Virus record (IMG/VR): IMGVR_UViG_3300036790_000551
Span: 28,832 to 92,831 of that record
From: a virus
Reading direction: 5' to 3' (one strand)
DNA: 64,000 bases
The position numbers and the translations under genes are program-made. The notes below the pieces were generated by a model, which saw only the letters and a program-made list of their open reading frames with translations, was not told where the DNA came from and did no database searches. Positions 28,607 through 37,812 of this stretch are shown here, piece by piece. How positions within the stretch are numbered: the first letter of the stretch is position 1; each line of letters opens with the position of its first letter.

Positions 28607-28785
28607 TGTCGAGCAAAGAGGCTTGGGTTAGGTTCAACATACCAGCGCTGCTTGTCGTCCTCGTCGTCGCCATGGCGCTCGGGTTCATCGGCGGCCTGCT
28701 GCTCGGACACGCCGACGGTGTCAACGACGGCTGGACGCAGGCGGCCCAGGCCTTCAGGCACGACGGAGACTTTAAGTCGCCTTAG
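28603..28785 (+). CDS. Small membrane protein
   Basis: One long hydrophobic segment. Confidence 0.5.
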   Translation: MMSSKEAWVRFNIPALLVVLVVAMALGFIGGLLLGHADGVNDGWTQAAQAFRHDGDFKSP

Positions 28786-29201
28786 CGGCGACCGTTGCCC
28801 GAGAGCGAGTCGAGCCAGTCGCCGTCGGCCTCGGTCTCGTCGTCGGGAGCGCCCGCGTCCTGCGCGGAGCCGACGTTCATGCCGCCCGGCACGGACCCAC
28901 CGGTCGCCTGGGGCAGCATGCTGCCCTTCGATGGCGGTCCGAAGAGGGGGTTGGTCTGGCCCGGCCTATCCGTCCCGTTGGGAATCGGCGGCGGTGGCTT
29001 TCCCTGGCCCCTCATCGCCGGACGCTGGCCGTCCTGGGCCGCGCCGGTGCCGCTCGCGTTGAAGTACGGCATCGGACCCTGTTTGTTGCGGCGGTCCATG
29101 GTGCCGTAGCGGGCGATGTTGCGTCGCTTGGCGACGGCGTCCCAGTTCGCCTCGGTCTCGATGCCGAGCGCCTCGGCCAGCCGCATCCAAGAGTTGCTCA
29201 T
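28782..29201 (-). CDS. G/P-rich protein, candidate internal virion protein
   Basis: Minus-strand gene within plus block; N-terminus MSNSWMRL. Confidence 0.6.
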   Translation of the reverse strand: MSNSWMRLAEALGIETEANWDAVAKRRNIARYGTMDRRNKQGPMPYFNASGTGAAQDGQRPAMRGQGKPPPPIPNGTDRPGQTNPLFGPPSKGSMLPQATGGSVPGGMNVGSAQDAGAPDDETEADGDWLDSLSGNGRR

Positions 29202-29281
29202 GGCGTTACCTAGCGCGGTTGCGGTTACCGCGGCCGCCGTTCGCTGAACTTGAATACCTTGTTCCGGGAGGCCGCGGCGCT

Positions 29282-29485
29282 ATGGACCACGACTCGACGG
29301 TTGCGGAGGTTGAACGCCTGGTCGAACGGGCCAGGCGGATGCTATCGGACGCCGCAGACATGCTGCGTGGGCCCCTGGTTGAGCCGTCTCGGGCCGCGAT
29401 GGAGGCCGAGACGGCGGTCACCCGGTCGCTGGACTCCCTCTCCGGGCAACTCTTCAGGGACCGACTGGCCCGGAGGTTCCGGTGA
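29282..29485 (+). CDS. Hypothetical helical protein
   Basis: GGAGG upstream; coupled to next gene. Confidence 0.5.
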   Translation: MDHDSTVAEVERLVERARRMLSDAADMLRGPLVEPSRAAMEAETAVTRSLDSLSGQLFRDRLARRFR

Positions 29486-29913
29486 CCGACGCCGAGATGC
29501 CGCCGAATCGCAAGGAACGTCGCCTGGTCTACCGCTGCCTGCTGGAGCAGGGCGTCCTCATTGGAAACGAGGAGGAGGTTTGGAGCGTACCGGCGGCGTA
29601 CCGGGCCCTGGACACGCTTCGGGAGTGCGTCGACGCCATCTGCACATTGATAGGCGGAAGGCATGGGCTCACCTCCTCGTTCGTTAAGGCCTGCGTGATG
29701 CAGGGTGACATGGCCGGTGGTGGTCACGCCCCCTACGTCCTCGATGAGATGGCTGAGTTCCTCGTCCATGACGGTGAGGCCCGAGCGTACTGGGAGGGCT
29801 TCGTGAGCGACGCCCTCTATCCCCACCGCTGTCCCTTCTGCGGCGCGAGCGCCTTCGTTGGATTCCTACAGGTGGACTGCAAGGCCAAGTGCTCGGGACC
29901 GCGGCGGTCGTGA
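29482..29913 (+). CDS. Protein with C-terminal zinc finger
   Basis: CPFCG ... CKAKC. Confidence 0.6.
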   Translation: MTDAEMPPNRKERRLVYRCLLEQGVLIGNEEEVWSVPAAYRALDTLRECVDAICTLIGGRHGLTSSFVKACVMQGDMAGGGHAPYVLDEMAEFLVHDGEARAYWEGFVSDALYPHRCPFCGASAFVGFLQVDCKAKCSGPRRS

Positions 29914-30133
29914 GTGACATGCGGCTCGTGCCGTGGCCGCTCGTCCTGAACCAGGGATTCGGGAACGTGTTGCCGAACGGCCGTTGGGGGTTCGAGGGGG
30001 CCCAGTTAATCGCCGACGCCATCAACGACGGCGACTGGAGCCTCGTCGAGGAGTACGCGAACCTCCTCGTTTGGGACGACGCTGCAAGCGACTGACGAGG
30101 CCTGGCGGCGTTGCGATGCGGTATGATTGCGGC

Positions 30134-30556
30134 ATGCCAAACGCAACTAGGAACCTCTCCCGACGCCAACGAGCCATCGTCGGCCTCATCATCAAGCGGG
30201 CCCGGAAGTACGGCCTGAGCCTCCGGCGCGACGTTGGCCCACTCGAGCACATCGGCCGCCGCATCAGCGCCCGGCGCGGCTACGGGTGCGCGGTCGACGC
30301 CGGCGCCGTCGGGCGGCTCGCGTTGGCGAATGACAGCGGGAACCTGGAGGCCTTCTCGAAGGCCTTCGAAGTCTCCATGGGCTTCGCGGCGGGCGTCAGC
30401 GACGGCTTCGAGAAGGGATTCTCCGCCACTGTCGCCCAGGCGCTCGTGAGTTACGGCTACTGCCTGACGCCCGACCGGGCCGGAACCAACCGGGAGTACC
30501 TCTCAGGCGTTAAGGTCGGGCGCGCGGTGGCCGCGCTGACCGTCGACGCGGTATGA
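30134..30556 (+). CDS. Hypothetical protein, leaderless
   Basis: GCGGTATGAT, 6 nt, then ATG 30134. Confidence 0.6.
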   Translation: MPNATRNLSRRQRAIVGLIIKRARKYGLSLRRDVGPLEHIGRRISARRGYGCAVDAGAVGRLALANDSGNLEAFSKAFEVSMGFAAGVSDGFEKGFSATVAQALVSYGYCLTPDRAGTNREYLSGVKVGRAVAALTVDAV

Positions 30557-30585
30557 TTGCGGATACGAAAGGACACGACAGCAAC

Positions 30586-31137
30586 ATGAGCGAAGAAGCA
30601 ACGGTTACCGAGACTGAGACCAAGAAGCGTGAATCCAAGAAGAACTCGATTCCGATGACGGAGATTGAGAGCCTGATTGCGGGGATTCCGAGTTACACGA
30701 AGACCTCGTTCCTCGTGGTCGGACACAAGGGAGGCGTTCGCATCGCGATGCCGAAGACCACCGGCGTCAGCCGCGCGTACTTCTACGGCAACGACGACTA
30801 CGCGCTCGTTCCGAAGCACGACGCAATCACGGTCCACTCCGAGGAGGCCCGCAAGGCCGGACGCAAGGGTGGAATCATGGCCGAGGTGGACTTCTCCAAG
30901 AGCAACGAGCAGGCCCGGGAGGCCCTAACGCTGCTCGTTGCTGCGGTCCGTAGGGCCGAGGCGCCGGCTGCCAAGGCGGTGAAGGCTCCGAAGGAGCCCA
31001 AGCAACCCAAGGCCCCAAAGGTCCCTAAGGCAGCCAAGGCCGCCGCCGCTCCCGTGACGCAGCAAGCCGCCGAGCACGGCGGCGGCATGGCCGGTCACGA
31101 CGGGGACACCGACGGCGGGGAGACCACCGAGGCGTGA
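30586..31137 (+). CDS. Protein with K/A/P-rich histone-like tail
   Basis: GCGGTATGAT and AAGGA upstream; AKAVKAPKEPKQPKAPKVPKAAK. Confidence 0.7.
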   Translation: MSEEATVTETETKKRESKKNSIPMTEIESLIAGIPSYTKTSFLVVGHKGGVRIAMPKTTGVSRAYFYGNDDYALVPKHDAITVHSEEARKAGRKGGIMAEVDFSKSNEQAREALTLLVAAVRRAEAPAAKAVKAPKEPKQPKAPKVPKAAKAAAAPVTQQAAEHGGGMAGHDGDTDGGETTEA

Positions 31138-31544
31138 TATCCGAGGAACGGGCCCGAGAGGTCAACGCTGCAGCCAAGCCCTTCATGGATGAACTCGTTG
31201 AGTTGCTGCGTCCGTTCTTCCCGTTTCATGCCGCGGCGATGTCCAGCGAACTCCACGGAACCAAACTCACGTCGGACCGCTGGCATCGCATCGCCGCCGC
31301 CGCCGCGTCGCTGCACTCGATTCCCGGCTCGGCGTTGGGTCCGGAGGAACACGACCGACGAAACCTGGGCCTCGCCGGCTACAACGTGGCCCTAAAGATG
31401 GCGGCCATCCTCTTCAACTCCCGGCGTCCCGAGATGGACGCTGACTTCGTGCTTTGGCGCATCGCCTGCCTACGACAGCAAATCCTAGAGACGCTACCGC
31501 AGCAGCAGCAGCAACAACGGAAAGACGAAAGCGAAAACCGATGA
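31134..31544 (+). CDS. Hypothetical protein with short poly-Gln
   Basis: GTGA and ATGA overlaps. Confidence 0.55.
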   Translation: MISEERAREVNAAAKPFMDELVELLRPFFPFHAAAMSSELHGTKLTSDRWHRIAAAAASLHSIPGSALGPEEHDRRNLGLAGYNVALKMAAILFNSRRPEMDADFVLWRIACLRQQILETLPQQQQQQRKDESENR

Positions 31545-32497
31545 GCAAGGAAAGCGTCCTCCAGTACACGAGGAACGGTTCGACATGGGTTCGTTGCGGG
31601 TCCACGGTCGGCGAACTCGAGCCCGGCTTCTACGACCCAACCCAGACGAACCAGGGCTGGGGCCTCACCCCGCGACAGGCCGTTTCGGACGACTTAATCG
31701 ACATTCCGGGAACTGTGGCTGACGAGATTTACGCGGACATTGACGTGTTCATGGCGACACGGTCCCGCTACTCCGCGTACGGACTAACCCATAAGCGCGG
31801 CTACCTCTTCTTCGGTCCTCCAGGCAGCGGCAAGACCAGCCTCGGACTGATGCTCGCTCGGCGCTTCATCGACACCATGCGCGGTGTCGTCGTATATGCG
31901 AACGGCGTCAGCGAGTTCTATCACGCGGTGGACATCATGCGCGAAGTCGAGCCCGGCCGACCCTCTCTCTATCTGCTGGAGGAGGCCGATGACGTCGTGA
32001 ACAACGTCCATTGCCTCAGCATCCTCGACGGTGAGCAGAGCCTCCAGGGCGCGGTCTTCATCGCGATGACCAACCATAAGGAGCGACTACCGCCGCGCAT
32101 CGCGAACCGGCCGGGTCGGTTCGACCGCGTCGTGTACGTTGACTGTCCGCCGCCCGCTGTGCAGGTGGAGTACCTGCGGCGTGTGGCGGCCCGGAACCCG
32201 GGGACGACCGCTGAGGAGGCCGCCAAGACGGCGATGACGATTGTTGAGGCCCTCAGCGGCCTGCCGATATCGATGGGTCACCTCCGGGAGGCCTTCATCT
32301 CGACAGTTCTGATGGGCGTCGACCTTCGGGTCATTCGCAAAAGGTTCGAGGACATGGCGAGCCTGGACGTTGAGGCCTCCTCCAGTGTCCTTTCGCTTCT
32401 CACAGAGAGGACGGAAGCGTCCGTTCAGGAAGCGACTGACGAATACGACCCCGGCGAAGAGAAGACGGAGTGGGTGGCCTCCAACGGGTTTTGCTGA
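31541..32497 (+). CDS. AAA+ ATPase (BCS1-like)
   Basis: KRGYLFFGPPGSGKTS, LLEEAD, MTN, NRPGRFD. Confidence 0.9.
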   Translation: MSKESVLQYTRNGSTWVRCGSTVGELEPGFYDPTQTNQGWGLTPRQAVSDDLIDIPGTVADEIYADIDVFMATRSRYSAYGLTHKRGYLFFGPPGSGKTSLGLMLARRFIDTMRGVVVYANGVSEFYHAVDIMREVEPGRPSLYLLEEADDVVNNVHCLSILDGEQSLQGAVFIAMTNHKERLPPRIANRPGRFDRVVYVDCPPPAVQVEYLRRVAARNPGTTAEEAAKTAMTIVEALSGLPISMGHLREAFISTVLMGVDLRVIRKRFEDMASLDVEASSSVLSLLTERTEASVQEATDEYDPGEEKTEWVASNGFC

Positions 32498-32503
32498 GTA
32501 GCG

Positions 32504-32929
32504 ATGGCCCACACTAAGGGGTCTCCGCCTAAGACCCTAACCGGACAACTGCCGGTCTCAAGCCAGGACTCACCCTGGTGGGACGGAGTTGCGTCTGAGT
32601 TACGCACTCGGGTCGACCTGGTGGGAAGGACCCTCACGATTGAGGAACTCACTCAGACGCTCCCCTCATACGAGGACGGCCGCCGACCGAGGCCACGCGC
32701 GGCCGCCCGACGCTTGCTTGCCCGTGGGGCCGTCGAACTCGTGCTCCGCGGCCCGAACGACTCGCTGGGCCGAGGCGCGACGTATCGGGTCGTGGAGCCC
32801 ATCGTGCAGGCAGCGGCGGTATCACCACCGCCGGACTGGCGGCCGACCACCGACGCTCCTGACGACGAACTCCGGCCGGACATGGACTGGCTCGAAGCCG
32901 CTGTCGAACGCATGACGAAGCCGAAGTGA
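32504..32929 (+). CDS. Hypothetical protein, possibly winged helix
   Basis: Packed ORF; ARRLLARGAVELV. Confidence 0.45.
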   Translation: MAHTKGSPPKTLTGQLPVSSQDSPWWDGVASELRTRVDLVGRTLTIEELTQTLPSYEDGRRPRPRAAARRLLARGAVELVLRGPNDSLGRGATYRVVEPIVQAAAVSPPPDWRPTTDAPDDELRPDMDWLEAAVERMTKPK

Positions 32930-32957
32930 TACGATAACGCGAAAGGAACAACACGAC

Positions 32958-34148
32958 ATGGCAAAGGGAACGCTACTGACGGCCCAGCAGGCCGCCAATC
33001 TCATCGGGGTCTCCGTGGAGACGCTGCGCAAGCACGCCGCTGCCGGCAAGGTCAAGGGTCAGAAGGTCAACGGCTTCTGGGTCTTCAACGAGAGCGACCT
33101 GCCGCAGGGCAAGGGCAAGGCGACCAAGGCCGCACCCGTGAAACGCAGCGTGACGGACGTGGTCTTCGTGCTTGACGGTTCGGGCTCGATGAACGGCCTG
33201 CATTCGGACGTGCGGAGGAGCCTAGAGCAACAGATTGCCGCTCTGGCGAACGCCGCGAACGAGAGCAACACGTACGAGTTCAGCGTCATTAACTTCGGCG
33301 GCCTCACCGTCGAACAAACGCCGTTCAGAGACGTCCGGGACGGCTTCAGTCCGTCCCTCTACAGGCCGCCCGGCGGCGGGACACCGCTGCACGACGCAAT
33401 CGGGAGGGCAATCAATACTTGCGCCGCGCGCGACGACAACGCCCGCTCGTTCCTCATCTCTGTCCTGACGGACGGTGAGGAGAACCAATCAACGACATAC
33501 AAGCATGTTCTGATTGACATGCTCAAGAGATACACCAAGACCGACCGCTATACGTTCACGTTCGCGGGCCCACATGGGTGTCAGAGCGAAGCCTTGGGGC
33601 TCGGCATCCCAAGCGGCAACATCACGTCCTGGGAGCAGACCGCTGCCGGCCTGAAGTTCCTCTCGAGCGTCTCGACGCAGTCACTGTCCACGTACACGAG
33701 CAATCGCTCGGCCGGCATCCGCGGCAGCACCAGTTTCTACGTCCAACCGAACACGACGGACGCCGCGAATTTCGCCCAACAGTTGCAGAAGGTCGTTCCG
33801 GCCCTGGCTCCGACCGACTTCCGGGTCGAGCGCGTCGGCAAGTCCGACCCACTGGTGGTAAGCAAGTTCGCGGAGAAGAGGCTCGGCGGATTCCAAAAGG
33901 GCAAACTGTACTACGAGTTGACCTCCTCGGAAAAGGTCCAGAGTTACAAGCAGTTAATCGTGCATGACACGAAGACCGGTCAGTTCTACGCCGGTCAACG
34001 CGACGCCCTCTCCCTCCTCGGAGTGCCGAACTTCAGCGGGACCGTTCGCCTGAAGCCGGGTAACCTCGGTGAGTTCAAGGTGTTCGTGCAGTCGACGTCG
34101 ACGAACCGCAAGTTGGTTCCCGACACCGCTGTGGTCGTTCTGAAGTAA
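32958..34148 (+). CDS. Excisionase/MerR-type HTH fused to a von Willebrand A domain
   Basis: LLTAQQAANLIGVSVETLRK; MIDAS DGSGS, GGTPLHDA, LTDGEEN. Confidence 0.85.
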   Translation: MAKGTLLTAQQAANLIGVSVETLRKHAAAGKVKGQKVNGFWVFNESDLPQGKGKATKAAPVKRSVTDVVFVLDGSGSMNGLHSDVRRSLEQQIAALANAANESNTYEFSVINFGGLTVEQTPFRDVRDGFSPSLYRPPGGGTPLHDAIGRAINTCAARDDNARSFLISVLTDGEENQSTTYKHVLIDMLKRYTKTDRYTFTFAGPHGCQSEALGLGIPSGNITSWEQTAAGLKFLSSVSTQSLSTYTSNRSAGIRGSTSFYVQPNTTDAANFAQQLQKVVPALAPTDFRVERVGKSDPLVVSKFAEKRLGGFQKGKLYYELTSSEKVQSYKQLIVHDTKTGQFYAGQRDALSLLGVPNFSGTVRLKPGNLGEFKVFVQSTSTNRKLVPDTAVVVLK

Positions 34149-34328
34149 CAGCGTAAGAGACGCAGACCGTGAACTACTACTACTTGTTCGGGCTCCCAAT
34201 TGTCCTCGCCGCGCTCTGGCTGGTCGGATGGGTTGCCGCAGGTCGCGAGCGTGAGCGCGCTCGCTTGCGAGCGCGCGGTCTGGCTAGCGATGTACCGCAA
34301 CGTTGTTGCGGTATGATGTGGAGGTAAC

Positions 34329-34839
34329 GATGACGAAGCAACTGGACGACATGATAGCAGACATCCTGCGACCCGTGACGCCCAGTCGCTTCGGCAATCG
34401 CGTCACTGTGGTTTACCCGGAGACCGCGGTCGTTCAGGACTACCTGGACGAATGCGTCCCTCATCCAATCAACGATTATTCAAATCACTTCCTCATGCGT
34501 CGCTTCTGTGACGTGAGGACTTCGATGGCGGCCTGGCCGATTCCCGCAGAGAACGGTTTTCGTGGACAGGTCACGTATCCGTGGTTCGTCCACGAGAAGA
34601 ACGCCGATGGGTCTTGGCTCATCGTTGACGGTCACCTCGCCAGCAGGGGTAAGACGGCATACTCCGACACCGCGGAACGTGAGATGCCCTGGCGATGCTT
34701 CCACGGTGACGCCGACTGGCCGTGCAGCGAGTGTGGCCATGCCGAACGCTGCCATGACCGCAGCCACGCATGGGACAATTGCGACGCTACCACCAATGAG
34801 GGACATCCCTGTAACTGCGGCAACAACGTTGGCCGCTGA
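34329..34839 (+). CDS. Hypothetical protein with Cys/His-rich C-terminus
   Basis: GGAGG SD; CSECGH..CH...C..C.C. Confidence 0.55.
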
Positions 34840-35286
34840 AGAGAGAGAGAACCGAATGAGAGCGCTTTCAGAACCCAATTCCACCGTCGACCTTCGCAAC
34901 CCCCTCTCCCGTGTGGCCACCGGCACGGACATCGTCTTGGCCGACGGCCGCCGCGGATACGTGGCCGGGCCTGCGCCCCTGGCTGGTAAGTTGGTCTTCG
35001 TCCAGCGCGGGGAGCGGACCAACAAGGTCACTGAAATCTGGGCCGGAGAACTGCGTGACCACCGCGTGGTTCTGCCTGACCGGCTTTCCTGGCGAGCCCC
35101 GGAGGAGGAGTAGTAGCATGGCGAAGCGTCTTCGAATGAGCATCGGCAGGTTCAACGAACTGCAGGAAAGCCTGCGGTGGTGTCAGTTGCGCGGCTTCAT
35201 CGGCCTGACGCAGTACTATCAGGACGAACTGGAGTACGCGGCGAAGTGCAAGCGCCTACCGCACTCGGTCCAGCGGACGGAGGAGA

Positions 35287-36135
35287 ATGACGATGGGAGA
35301 GACCAATCCCGGTAACATACCGGTCGTAATCTTTGCGGGCGGCCGAGGCTCCCGCTTCAACGCGGAGACGCAGGTCCTGCCGAAGCCCCTCATCGAGGTG
35401 GCCGGCAAGCCGATACTGCAACACATCATCGACCTCCTTCATGCCCAGGGATTTCGCGAGTTCATCGTTGCGACGGGGTACATGGGAGAGGCAGTCAACG
35501 ATTACTTCAGTTCCCGCGGCCCCCTCTTCTCCTATGACAGGCGCGAGGGCCACTGCCAGTTCTATGACCGTGAACTCAGTGCGGCGGGCAACACGCCCTG
35601 TTTCATTCGGTGCTTCAACACCGGGCTCGATAGCCACGTCGGTCGCCGGCTCGCCGTCCTCAACGAGATGCCGATTAACGCCATCGCTAACCGGCGCTTC
35701 GTCATGACGTACGGCGACGGCCTCTGCGACGTGGACATGCGGACGCTGATTGACGGACACGAGGTCGCCGGCGCCGGAGTCACCATGACCGCGGTGCATC
35801 CGCCGGGACGCTTCGGCGTCGTTCAGTTCTGTGATGACACCTCTCCCGAGGTGTACTCGTTCTCCGAGAAGCCAACGCACGACTGGATTAACGGCGGCTT
35901 CATGGTCGCTGAGCCGGAGTTCATTGAGCAGTACATCGAGGGCGACAGCGAACTCGAGCGGACGGCCTTGAACGAGTTGGCCGCGAGCGGGGGCCTACAC
36001 GCACACCGGCACCACGGGTTCTGGATGTGCATGGACTCGAGACGGGACCTCGAGGCGATTGAGGCCGTGGTGGCCGCTGAGGGCGGCTTGCTGCCGTGGC
36101 GTCGCGATATGATGTCTCCCAACACGAAGCCATAA
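35287..36135 (+). CDS. rfbF: Glucose-1-phosphate cytidylyltransferase-like
   Basis: FAGGRGSR, PKPLIEVAGKPIL, TYGDG, PPGRFG, FSEKP, WINGGF, H.GFWMCMDS.RD. Confidence 0.85.
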   Translation: MTMGETNPGNIPVVIFAGGRGSRFNAETQVLPKPLIEVAGKPILQHIIDLLHAQGFREFIVATGYMGEAVNDYFSSRGPLFSYDRREGHCQFYDRELSAAGNTPCFIRCFNTGLDSHVGRRLAVLNEMPINAIANRRFVMTYGDGLCDVDMRTLIDGHEVAGAGVTMTAVHPPGRFGVVQFCDDTSPEVYSFSEKPTHDWINGGFMVAEPEFIEQYIEGDSELERTALNELAASGGLHAHRHHGFWMCMDSRRDLEAIEAVVAAEGGLLPWRRDMMSPNTKP

Positions 36136-36166
36136 GACACGGATACGAAAACGAAAGAAGAGGAAC

Positions 36167-36802
36167 ATGAGCGTAGCCACAGTCAAGGAACACATTCGTC
36201 GCGAGAATAAGCGGACCAGTGACCGCAACCGTCGCTTCAAGAAGATGACCAAGGCGCAACAGCGCGTGGCCATCGCAAGGGACGTCCTGAAACTGCTCAC
36301 AGAGAATAAGATTGCGGCCATACGCGGGGAGTACTTCGAGTTGTCGGACAACGGCTACGACCTCAACGCGGCCGTCGCGGATATCGAACTTGAGTTCGTG
36401 CCCCCCAACGTTACGAACTGTTTTCAACACGCGGATATCACTCTCAAGGAGTTAATCCACGTGCCTAGCGTGACATGCAATGTCTGCGCCATCGGCGCCG
36501 TCTTCACCGCCGCGGTGGCACGTCGAGGAATCAACGGGGATGAGACGGTCTGCACCGTCTCGAAAAACGTCGGCGGCGGCGGCGAATTGACCACCACTGA
36601 AACCATCGAGCGCCGCACGATGGTTCGCGTCATGCGGCCGTACTTCACGCCTCGCCAGTTAAGCGTGCTCGAGGACTTCTTCGAGGGCTCGGACTATGAC
36701 ATCGACGACTCCGATGATGCCCTCCGAATGGCGATGAAGCACATCATCAAGACCAAGGGCAAGGAGGTCGCGCCGCCGCGGAGTGAATGGGCTAGCGAGT
36801 GA
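36167..36802 (+). CDS. Hypothetical protein
   Basis: GAGGA SD; CNVCAIGA. Confidence 0.65.
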   Translation: MSVATVKEHIRRENKRTSDRNRRFKKMTKAQQRVAIARDVLKLLTENKIAAIRGEYFELSDNGYDLNAAVADIELEFVPPNVTNCFQHADITLKELIHVPSVTCNVCAIGAVFTAAVARRGINGDETVCTVSKNVGGGGELTTTETIERRTMVRVMRPYFTPRQLSVLEDFFEGSDYDIDDSDDALRMAMKHIIKTKGKEVAPPRSEWASE

Positions 36803-37788
36803 CCGTCGTCGTCACCGGCGCCTCCGGCTTCATTGGGGGAGCGTTGACCCGCTCTCTCCTCGGCCTCTCCCATAGGGTTGTGACCCTCTGCCGGGACGGT
36901 GAGGTCGACGTGCCCGGGCGCGACGTTGTTCGCGGTGAACTCGAGGACCTGCGGGCCTGCGAACGCCTCATCAATGAGCATCAGCCGTGCGCGGTCTTTC
37001 ACCTCGCCGCGCAGGCGATGGTGCAGCGCGCGCAGCGGGACCCCTGGGCGACCATGGAGAGCAACGTTCGTGGTACCTATAACCTGCTCGAGGCCTTTCG
37101 GAGGCATGCTCCACAGGGGGCCATCTTCGTCATGGCATCGTCTGACAAGGCCTATGGGGAGATACGAGGCGGCCGGTCCTATCACGAGGACGACCCTCTG
37201 GAGGGCCGGGGCCCATACGACTGCTCCAAGAGTTGCGCGGACCTGATAGCCCAGAGTTACGCTCTGGAGTACGGACTGAAGTTGGGCATCGTTCGGGCCG
37301 GCAACGTCTACGGACCCGGTGACACGGACTCCAGTCGAATCGTGCCCTCCCTAGTCGCGGACCTCATGGCAAACCGCGACCCTACGATTATGTCCGACGG
37401 GACTCCGGTCCGCGACTACCTGTACATCACCGACGCCATCGCCGGTTACTTGAGCCTCTGGAGGCACCTGGACTCGCTAGAAGCCGGTGTCGCCGGCCGC
37501 GGCGCCTTGGCGGTGAACCTCTCCGGCGGTGAACCCATTAGCGTCGAGGACCTCGCCTGGACGGCAATAAAGGTCCGAGAGGGCCTCGAGAGGCAGCGGC
37601 ATCCTGGGCATGAGCCGAAGGTACTGCGGCCGAACATCCTCGGCGTTAGGCGCGGGGAGATTTCCCGACAGGTCTTAGACTGCTCATTCGCCAAGCGTGA
37701 ACTGAAATGGGAGCCTGCGGTCGACCTCGATACGGGTCTACGCAACGCTCTGCTATCGGCCTACGCGATTCGCTTTCCGTATCTCTGA
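36799..37788 (+). CDS. NAD-dependent sugar dehydratase (CDP-glucose 4,6-dehydratase-like)
   Basis: TGASGFIG, HLAAQ, SSDKAYG, PYDCSK, RAGNVYGPGD. Confidence 0.85.
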   Translation: MTVVVTGASGFIGGALTRSLLGLSHRVVTLCRDGEVDVPGRDVVRGELEDLRACERLINEHQPCAVFHLAAQAMVQRAQRDPWATMESNVRGTYNLLEAFRRHAPQGAIFVMASSDKAYGEIRGGRSYHEDDPLEGRGPYDCSKSCADLIAQSYALEYGLKLGIVRAGNVYGPGDTDSSRIVPSLVADLMANRDPTIMSDGTPVRDYLYITDAIAGYLSLWRHLDSLEAGVAGRGALAVNLSGGEPISVEDLAWTAIKVREGLERQRHPGHEPKVLRPNILGVRRGEISRQVLDCSFAKRELKWEPAVDLDTGLRNALLSAYAIRFPYL

Positions 37789-37812
37789 CCGACAAATCCC
37801 CACTGTGGGAGG

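Noticed and set aside
31500-31517. CAG/CAA microsatellite as a phase-variation site
   Set aside because: Only six in-frame, mixed Gln codons
35287-37788. Bacterial O-antigen locus or host contamination
   Set aside because: Genes are interleaved and translationally coupled with phage ORFs and share the GATC/AGCT avoidance
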